Below, one piece after another: positions 49,401 through 58,979 of a stretch of DNA of 58,979 nucleotides. Location: NCBI GenBank assembly GCA_032718475.1, contig JAUCBJ010007968.1:1-58979 (forward strand), given 5' to 3'. The notes under the pieces were generated by a model. It searched no databases. It was not told where the DNA came from and worked only from the letters and a program-made list of their open reading frames with translations. Both the position numbers and the translations under genes were made by a program. Origin of the DNA: Nemertoderma westbladi. Taxonomy: Eukaryota > Animalia > Xenacoelomorpha. Each line of letters begins with the position of its first letter. Within the stretch, counting starts at the first letter, position 1.

Positions 49401-51806
49401 ATTTCAATAGTTATCATATATTATTATTACCTATTTACATATTATTCAAAACTCAATTATTAAAATTACTATTAAAATGTTATCTAAAATAAATATACTG
49501 TAAATAGGATAAACAAAGATTGTTGCGGAATTACTGAAAATAAATATTATATTATTATAATGACCAAGTAAATAATAAGTAAAATGTAAAAAACAATCCA
49601 GCAGAAGATTAATTATGGTAGGAAATCTATAATAAATTAAATAAAAAATAAATGAATAAAATAGTATACAGTTGACATTTTACTACTGAAATATAATACT
49701 ACTCAAAGACGTTGTAAGGCCATTGGTAGAAGAATCTATTGTGCCGAGGATCGGATGGAAGCGGCATTGCCAATATGGGATGTCGATGATAGAGACGCTG
49801 AAGGGGAAAGTGGTGAGACCTAGGTTCCGAGGTAGTAGTGGAGTGGTTTTCGTCCAATCTCCTTCAGGAATACCACTGTTTCGTGGTGGCCCATCCGAAG
49901 GTCTCAAAAGCTACGGGAGAGAAATATGTAGACAGTATTTACGAGATTTGGCAACTACCGCCTCCAATGCCATGCCACCTCCACCAGATTGACTTGTAGC
50001 AATGTTGCTGGGTGTGAGCGAATCACACACTGTGGCGTCGCAAGCGAGCATGCAGCCATGGTTCCATGGTATAGTAGTTACCACATCGCTGACACGATAT
50101 ACAGTGTAATCCATCCAACTCGTCTGGTTTACCACAGCGAATGCAACCATGGGGTGGCAATGGAGATGCAAAACTGCGAGGTGCTGAGTTCCAACCGGAG
50201 GAACGTTGCCGAGACTGTCTCAAGCCAGCATCCAGCAACACTGCAGTTGATCAAGTTCAGTCGTGCAACTTAAGATGGTGTGGACGAATAGAAGAGGTTT
50301 AGCAGGTTTTCCTGGATGGATGTTCGCAATCACATACTGTGTAGGGTGGAGGTGGGTTGATTTCGTCTGTGGGGACTGGACAACGCGAAATCTCCTCAGT
50401 CGTTGAGCACCCAGGCTCAGGAGATATAGCATTCTACATTTACAGTTCCCACAGACAAACCCAGCACCACCTACGGATGAGACCCCTAATCCGGGGCGCC
50501 TGATCAGCACTGACTGCTGTGGAAGTTAAGAAGACGGAAGGTGTATACTGTATATGTATGACTCGATGTATATGTAGGCGTTCAACCTTTTGGCCTCTAA
50601 GGACGCCCACTAAGTTAATGGGGATAAGAAATAGTGTCAAAGTTGAATATGTAGCAGCTCTTCATCCACCGTTCAAAAGACTTTTAACCACCTTTAAGAA
50701 GTTTAGAAGTATGGGGCAGTTTCAGTGGTCAAGTATACTTAGATGACTATGTCAGTATGGCTATGTCAGTTTTCTTAGTTAAAGATCACAGATCATTGTG
50801 TTAAAGTTTCAGAGTTGTAGCTTTTTAAATAAAAACAAAGATTTGTGTAATGGTCCCCTTAATCTCATGATTTTTACAATAACACGAGATTTTGAAGGTT
50901 CTCGCCTTAAATTTACTACCAACCTGGTAACTGACATGAATCTTGATTTTCATCCTCTGACAATGGGCATTCAATAACATTATTGTTACACATAGCGCAT
51001 ACGTCATCGGATCCAACAATGGAGTTACATCTCATTACAGCGGCGAACACACCCTTACAATATAGATATTAGGAATTTTAGAAACATAGAAGTTTATTTC
51101 TCTTGATTATCCACAATGTCTTTAAGATATATATTAGGCCTACACCGAAATTGTTCTAAAAAAAGAAAAATTTTTTATAAGTAGATATCGACAACTTAAA
51201 AAATATACATATAAAATATAAAGATATGTAACATCCATATAAATTCCAAAAATCCCAAGGTCAAATTCCATAAATAAAAATAAATAAATAAAATAATTAT
51301 TATATAGTAAAAATGTAAAAATAAACCTATAAATCAGTTATAAATAAGCTTATTTTATAACCACAACAACGACAGCTTTCATCGGGAGAGTTGATTTTTT
51401 CGTAAAACTAAATATACAATGAAAGATTTATATAAAAATGACACAAATAATACTAATACAAGATAGATGGCGATAGATTTATGATTTAGCTACAAACGAG
51501 ACATATTATAAATTGCGCAATATGATTTAAAGCAAAGCCAAGTACTAACCACATGAGTTAAGCTAAATTTCAAATACATTATAAAAAATTTCTTACAAAA
51601 TAAGAATCTTTTTTTTTTAAACAAAATTTATAATTCGTTACAACGCAAAATTTTTAACTTAAACAATTTTTTATTTTTGAAATCCAATATCCTTCAGGGA
51701 CTCGACTTGCAGTTAATCCAAATAATCTAAGTTGTATTTCTGGAGACTTATATTTATAGAAAAAGAGTTATGAAAATAATTTCTTGTTATTTATCGGTAA
51801 ACTAAC

Positions 51807-53276
51807 CGCATTTGCTGTTGGTATCGGCCTTCGCATGGCATAGTGGCGGTGAGTAATGAGCGTTACATACAATATGAGTATATGGCTCACAATCACAACC
51901 CACTTCATCTTGACACCAACCCACATTTAGAGTTACAGTACCGCCATCATTGGTACAATGGGAGCATCTTCCGTTACAGGGTATAGAAGCATCCAAAACC
52001 TACAAAATCGTGAATATCAAATTAATTTCAACAAGTAAACCAACTAACAGTTCATCGGCAGCAGTGCCAATAAATCCAAAGATTATACAGAATAAGAAGT
52101 ATTTTTAATGATATTAAATCTTTACTAAAGTTCATCTTATTGGCCATATTGGCCATATTTCGCTTTGTTCATAGTTCTAGCTCAAAACAATTGACAATTT
52201 TACTCAAATAATTCTCACTTACACCAGCAGCTGCATTATCGGAACAATCGGGCAATTCTTCTACAAGGTCTCTCACATCATCTGGAAGGGCACAGAGACC
52301 ATTCCTGCAGATTCGACCATCCAGACAGGCACTGCACCTGGTACCTTCCTTGTAGAATTGTTCCACTTGCATGTTCTGATAAATTATAGAAATTTAAGTA
52401 AATCTAATCTAATCTAATCTAATATCTGTCTGTATCATTGAAATGTTTAATTTATGTCGCAACCGACATACTGACTAACAGGTATACAGGCTAACAGGTC
52501 TTACACCGCACAAACTAAAGAGTTTATGTCTCCCTTAACTTACTGAATAATATTCAGTAGTAGAAAATTAACATTTTTTTATCCAACCCAACTCCTCACC
52601 TCAGTTTACCTTATCTATAGAATATAACACTATCAGTACAGAGTATCTTATAGAATGAACTTACAAAAATACACATATCATAGTCAGCATGTGAGGGGTC
52701 ACACCAAGGCACTAGAAGGTTTACACCAGTGTAATATTCGCAAACTAAAAACGCACAGGTCGCACCCCTGGCACATGCGAGTCTACTCAAACCTTCCCTC
52801 ATTATTTGGGCGAAGTGTCCGCAGGCCATCCAGGCAGGGAGGTTCTGTGGATTATTGTTGGGGAATCCAGTACATTCCCAGTTACTCATGTTGAAAAACC
52901 TGGGGGATAAAAACTTATTGTAAAATAAATGAAATTAAAGAAATGTGGAAAATTTTACATTTTTAGTGATATTTAATATCATCCAAAAAAATTATAATTT
53001 CACACACTTTACAGTACACCATAAAATACAGTAAATAATGAAACATTATTGCCATTGTTAAAGTATTGAAGTTAAAGGAAACATTTAGTGCCTCCAATAG
53101 CGGTATAGTAACCTAGGTAATCTTACCGAACTTCGTCATAGAAACCAAACAAGGCTGATTCCAGAAAGTCAGATCTTCCATCACCATGAGTATTCTGACC
53201 TAAACCTCCAGGGTATATACTCTGGTAATACAAATATTCAGATGTATTATCCATAATACCATGCTCCATTGAACAA
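51807..53276 (-). CDS. Host gene, CAP/SCP (CRISP/PI16-like) domain with Cys-rich extension; exons 53276-53127, 52899-52725, 52375-52223, 51999-51807
   Basis: All exons are AG/GT bounded with matching phases. Spliced product: CSMEH..GQN..FYDEVR|FFNMSNWEC..CGHFAQIM..LACA..CAFLVCEYYTG|NMQVEQFYKEGTRCSAC...CRNGLC, matching CAP signatures and hinge. Confidence 0.85.
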
Positions 53277-54189
53277 CTAAAATAAATCAAATTGTATAAG
53301 TTTAAAAGATTGAACTGATTTTCCATATACATCACATAAAGGCAGGTGGTGAATGGGGGTGGGATGGGTGGGTTGAGGCGTCTAACATGTAACACTTATT
53401 GCTAATGTGCATAAAGAAAACGTCATCAAATTAAACAGTCAGCTGAAGCCAGAGGCGACGGATCCTCTTTCTATAGCAGCTAGCTACCCTAAAGAATGTG
53501 TGGGCACAACTTCGTTTCTCCAAAGTATCCGTTATGTTGGTCTATATGTGTCAATTCAATTCATTATTTATACTACTACTACTACTAGGTCGAGCAAACT
53601 CGGACAGTGGAAATGAGATCCTTCCAGGCTTCCCGATTCTCCATAGTTGTTGCAATTTCGTTTCTCCTAAGTTCAGTATCCCCTTCAAGTTGATCTACTG
53701 TATATATGTTATGGCCAGTCGTCCACGACTACGCTTTCCATGAGTTGGTTGCCAGAAAAGTAGATCTGGTATGACCTCGTCTTTACTTCGCCAGTAGTGT
53801 CCACTGAATCTTAATCTGCGTTCATGGAGGGTGGTTGATACAGGTGGTATTGTACCATAAAGCTCGGCGTTTGTCATGTGTTGTCTCCAGCTTATGTTTA
53901 GGGCTGCCCTTAGTAGTCTTGTGTAGCAACCATCAATTCGTTGTTCAAGTGATTTAGTCAGTGTCCAGGTCTCCCCCGTATAAAAATACACTTTCCACTG
54001 TGGCTCGAAAGAACTTAGTCTTCAGGTGCCTGGAGAGATCTGACTTCCAGATGGTATCCATTTCTGATAGAGCTACCCAAGATAGCTTTCCTAACTTCTA
54101 TGTCCTTTTTGGTACTCTCTATCCGTGATCCAAGGTACTGGAAGTCGTCAACCTTCCTTAGTTGATTGTCAATGGTTGTCAACTTTCCA

Positions 54190-56014
54190 GTACTCTGTTA
54201 ATCTACAGGAGCTAATAAACCAACAGGTTGATGCCATCAATGATGCTGATGACAGCAGGCAATCATCCCAGGCATGGAAATCGATCAATCTGCTTACTGG
54301 GCGGAAAAGCCAACCAACCACCAAGGTTAAGGCTGAATCACCAGCCGATCGCCTTAATGGTTGGAAAGCCCACTTTGAAAAGCTCCTCAATAATGACAGG
54401 GTATTGCCTGATAACTTTATAGAAGTAAAAGTGTCTGAGTCTGTACTCCCAGATATTCCCATTGGCGATATCTCCTTTGCAGAAGTGAAGGCTGCTGCAA
54501 AGAGCATTAAGACCAATCGTGCCAGTGGAGTAGATGGTGTTCCCCCTGAGGTCTTTAAAATACCTGAGTGTTTAAAGCTCATCTATCCCATCATAGTAGA
54601 CATGTACCGTACAACAAGAGTCCCACAAGAAATGAAAACAAATAAGTTGGTGCCAGTTCCCAAGAAGGGCAACATAACACTCTATGGTTCTTTTCGGGGA
54701 ATCTCATTGATCTCGATTGCTGCAAAACTATACAATAGAATTCTATTAAATCGCATCAGGGATCCCATTGAGAGACTGCTACGTGGAAATCAGAATGGGT
54801 TCCGTAAAGGTCGTGGGACCATGGAGCCCATTTTGGCACTTAGAAGGATAATTGAAGAGTTATCAAAAAAGAAAGACAGGCATCTGGCTGTTATCTTTGT
54901 TGACTTCTTCAAGGCCTTTGATTCAGTCTCTCGCTCACGTATGTTCAGCATACTTTCATTATATGGGATTCCTGATGAAATTATTGCAGCAATCAGATCA
55001 GTATACGATGGTTTGACAACATTTGTGTCTACTGTTGACGGTGACACAGAACCATTTGAAGTGTTATGGGGCGTCCTCCAAGGAGACACACTTGCACCAT
55101 TCTTGTTCATTATTGTGGTTGACTATGTTCTACGCATGTCCTTAGATCATCATAATGATGATGGGGTGATGATAACTCCACCTACTGGCTCCAGAAGTCG
55201 AGGAAATCCTGCCAAGTACCTAACTGATCTAGACTTTGCTGATGACTTAGGAGTACTCTCAGAATCATTAGAGGGAGCCCAGCGGCTCCTCAGCTCATTA
55301 GAACATGCTGCTTCTAGTGTTGGTCTTTTTATTAACTCCAGAAAGACCAAAATTCTGACAGTTAACTTTGAAAGTCCTCAGCAAGTCTCTGATCGGATGA
55401 GCATAAGCTCAAAGGATGGTATGCTTGAGCATGTGGACGACTTCTGTTACCTGGGATCATGGATCCGGAAGTCAGGTGAGGACCTTCGAATACGTAAGGG
55501 AAAGGCATGGGCAGCCTTGAATAGGCTTTCCAGGATTTGGAAGTCACCTAGAATTAATCGGAAACTTAAGGTCCGATTATTTAGAGCAGCAGTAGTTCCA
55601 GTACTCCTCTACGGGAGTCCATGCTGGGCTCTAACTGCTGAGGACACCAAATCTCTGGATGGCACATTCACAAGAATGCTACGCCGGGTACATTGTGTCA
55701 AGTACAATGCACACATCTCCAACCAGACACTATATAACATTGGAGGTGTCTCATTGGTTCCCCCAAGCTTGACACTAGAACAAAATCGCCTCCGCTTTGC
55801 AGGACATTGCTTTCGCCGTGAGGACCAGCCAGTGCATAATCTTGTACTTTGGCAGCCTCATGGAGTGAATAAGCATGGTGGACAGCCCATGACTTTCTTG
55901 AGACGCATCTTAAAGGACACTGGCCTTAAAGATGCGGATGATCTAGCAAATGTCATGGGTGATAGGGAGTTGTGGCGGTGCAATTTTGTTGACAAGCCGG
56001 CACAGCATTCTTAA
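54190..56014 (+). CDS. RTE-type reverse transcriptase, uninterrupted but lacking the N-terminus
   Basis: PVPKKG, RGISL, QNGFRKGR, FVDFFKAFDSV, GVLQGDTLAPFLF, LDFADD, FCYLGS, RLRFAGH. Confidence 0.95.
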
Positions 56015-56055
56015 AAATGCAGCTGCAATGCAGCATGCCGATCCTAGTAGTAGTA
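54190..56055 (+). mobile_element. Nested 5'-truncated RTE-clade LINE with a 12 bp TSD
   Basis: TSD GTCAACTTTCCA at 54178-54189 and 56056-56067; (TAG)n tail. Confidence 0.92.
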
Positions 56056-57923
56056 GTCAACTTTCCATCAACATTAAAGGTCATGAATTCGGTCTTGGTA
56101 GCATTTATATGCAATCCAACCTCCTCCATTCCCTCTCCACTTTATTTAGTAGAAGCTGTGCATCTGCTGGGGTATTAGAGAGCAGGGCGATGTCATCCGC
56201 AAAGTCGGTGTCTGTGACTGTAGTCGCCGGATATCTACTACTTCTGCGTTCTTGAAGTGTAAATCCCAGGTCTTCACCCTTTGTGGCTGTCCTCATTGCG
56301 TAATCCAGCACAATTACAAATAGTAATGGTGCTAATGTGTCACCTTGCAGTACCCCAGCCAGGATTGAGAAAAACTCAGTTTCACCATCTGGTGAGAGTA
56401 CCTGCGCTTCTGTGTCACAATATAACAATCCAATGCCAGCATCAATTACTTCTGGTATTCCATAAGCTCTTAGGATTTCAAGCATTTTACCTCTATGGAT
56501 GGAGTCGAGTGCCTTCTTGAAGTCCAAAAAAGTCATGACTGCGGGGAGATTCTTCGACTTAATTCCTTCAATCAGTCTCCGTAGTGCAAGTATCTGAGCT
56601 ATTGTTGATCTACTTGGTCGAAATCCGTTTTGGCTCTTACGCAGTAGTTTCTCTATGTGAGGCCTAATCCTATATAGAATCATTTTATTGTATATTTTGG
56701 CAGCTACCACAAGCAGACAGATCCCACGATAGTTTGTTGGTATAGCGAGGTCTCCTTTCTTGGGGAGAGGCTTTAGTTGATCTTTAGTCCAAATTGGTGG
56801 TGGCTTTTCCCCTTTTAACATCCGGTTGCAAACATTCAATAATGGTCTGTTTAGCACTCCTGTTTTCCATATCTCCGCTGTGATTTCATCTAATCCACTC
56901 GCTTTATTATTGAACATGCTTTTAATGCTTCTTTGGAGTTCGACAGGTTTCACACCTGCCGAACTCAAAAGAAGCATTAAAAGCATTTAAAGCTGTTTCT
57001 ATAGGTAGTGCCTTCTCATATATTTTCCTTGTAGGGCTGACCTCGGGTTTCTGGGGGATATGCCTCTTAGCTGATTCCTTGTGGGCTGTTATTATATTCT
57101 GGTATATTGAATCGGTGGACTGGTCTTCATCCATTGACTGAAGTGCTTCAAAGCGGTTTTGAACTTCTACTGTGTAAGCATCCTTTACTGCATTGTCAGT
57201 TCTGAGTTTCTCCCAGTCATTGTTGATTTGCTTGCTTGTCCTGGGTTTGCTGGCTCTCAAACTGAGTCTGATCTCTGCAGTCACAATTCTGTGGTCCGAA
57301 CCATTTAGGTTGAACGAGCTGTATGCCTCGCAGTTGATCATGCTGTTTCTCCACTTTTTGTTTATAAGGATGTAATCCAGTTGTGCTTTGGTTCCATTAG
57401 GATATTCCATTGCCAGAGCGACCATGTCACCCTGTTTGTTATGTGCTTTCAGTGTGCGTGTCTTCATTGTAGCAATCTTTAGTGTCTTTTTACATTTCAG
57501 CAGGTTGGTTCTTCTTTCTTCTCTGTCTTCTTTTCTTCTTTTTTTCTTCTTTCTTTTCTTCTTCTATTTAGTGAGAAAAAATGTCAAAATCGACAAACTG
57601 AGAAAAATGTTGTTTTATACGCAAAGAGTAATAAATAATATAAGTAATAAATTATGTTATTGAAAAGTTATGTTTTGTGGTGAAAAAATTATTCAATGGT
57701 GAAAACCGATGTCACCACATGAAAGCCCCTCTATCAAACTGCAAAAGTAGAAAAGCTTCTGAAAAACTTCTGAAAATTTTCAGAAAATTTGAAATTCTTT
57801 CACCGCTAGGGGTGATACTCCCCTTCTTAAGTTGGGTCAGTACAGCAGGTAATGAGAGTCCCGACTCAAACAGACTACAGCGGCCAAGAATGCAGTTAAG
57901 GCTGAATCTAGGTCCCTGAACAG

Positions 57924-58250
57924 GCAGTACTCTGTTAATTTACAAGAGCTGATCATTGATGCTGACGACAGCAGGCAATCATCCCAAGCATGGAAATCGA
58001 TCAACGTGCTTACTGGGCAGAAAAGCCAACCAACCACCAAGGTTAAGCTGATCGCCTCAATGGTTGGAAGGCCCACTTTGAAAAGCTCCTCAATAATGAC
58101 AGGGTATTGCCTGATAACTTTACAGAAGTAAAAGTGTCTGAGTCTGTACTCCCAGATATTCCCATGGGCGATATCTGCAAAAAGAATTACGACCAATATT
58201 GACAGTTGAATAAGTGATGGCCCCAACCCAGAAGACTTTAAAATACCAGA
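57924..58250 (+). mobile_element. Decayed fragment of the same RTE family as 54190-56055
   Basis: Aligns to ~54188-54570 with small deletions (GATGCTGAxGACAGCAGGCAATCATCCCA...GTACTCCCAGATATTCCCAT). Confidence 0.85.
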
Positions 58251-58979
58251 GTACCAGAGGACATGGATTATAATGTATAATTTATGTATAATATATACTA
58301 CTAGTCCCTCAATTTTGGTCAAAATTTCTTGAAACCAACATTTTTGGACTCAGCGTGATCGACTCTACAAAAGTTATCTTATAGAATTTTTAATTAGCCA
58401 ATTTTATTTTAATTAATTAATTTAATTAATTAATTATCATATTTTTAATTAAAAATGGCTAAGTAGAAAAAATGGTAATATTTATCAAAATTCCATAAGA
58501 CAACTTTTAAAGAGCTTCCAAAGCTCGATCGAATGAGCCATAAACGAAGAAATTTGGCTGAAAAATGACGGAGGAGTAGTAATTTGAAAATGAAAAATGC
58601 CTTTCAGAGAAAATGCCCTTCAAAGTTTAAACTGTCCCACCAAAATTGGTGTCTGTTTTCTGGTTGGTTAATTATTTCCGGCACGAAGGATGCACACCAA
58701 CGAGCTAAAATGTTCATTACTGGGGTTTTCGGGGTTGCTGATTTCATTTCAGAATTTCCGATTCTCTCTCAGTTCTAATTTTTGGTGGAATCTATTCTAT
58801 CTGTCTGTCAGTCTTCTGTCTTTCTTACAATTTGACGGACAGACCGTCATACGGAAAAACAGTGATAACTCGAGAACTGAAACAGGCCTCACTAAGCGGT
58901 TGTCAGATTTGTAATCCTCATTAAATTCTGCTCCAGGTGAAATAAAGAAACAATAAATTGAAAACTTTACCTGAGGGGG

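Larger units (their letters stand above)
53570..57410 (-). mobile_element. RTE-clade LINE (APE end plus RT), 5'-truncated, decayed, split by a nested LINE; intronic to the CAP gene
   Basis: QLDYIL..SDHRIV (APE), QNGFR..RST, FLDFKKALDS, GVLQGDTLAP, DFADD, E.W.LTK...IDGCYTRLLR; CCTAGTAGTAG tail at 53570-53589. Confidence 0.9.

Noticed and set aside
48980-49410. Overlapping ORFs with a 60 bp duplication (TEGVCVHHPS twice)
   Set aside because: No recognisable domain or consistent splice structure
53570-53590. ...CTACTACT as the Polinton right terminus
   Set aside because: Adjacent sequence does not match the left TIR and there is no CATGGC TSD; it is the RTE tail
54125-54189. N-terminus of the 629 aa RT ORF
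   Set aside because: Lies outside the TSD; it is antisense sequence of the host LINE, so the start is not genuine

Overview
Eukaryotic (invertebrate-like) DNA made almost entirely of nested transposable elements. It holds at least three BEL/Pao LTR-retrotransposon pol/integrase copies. One long minus-strand BEL/Pao element (14301-30980) carries a decayed extra ORF after integrase encoding a DEDDy 3'-5' exonuclease plus three CCHC knuckles. A non-autonomous relative sits inside that element's 3' LTR, and a LINE sits inside one LTR of the relative. A Polinton/Maverick (adintovirus-like) element starts with AGTAGTAG at 30981 and carries ATPase, integrase, two penton-like genes, major capsid and adenain protease, but no DNA polymerase in view. 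The right part has a piggyBac-like MITE, a Mutator-like element with a solo LTR in its TIR, several minisatellites, four in-phase exons of a host CAP/SCP-domain gene, and an RTE LINE nested in another RTE LINE. The top candidates for novelty are the exonuclease-zinc-knuckle ORF3 of the BEL/Pao element and a possible tRNA-independent (self-priming) PBS in the same family. All assignments come from motifs recognised by eye; no searches were run.
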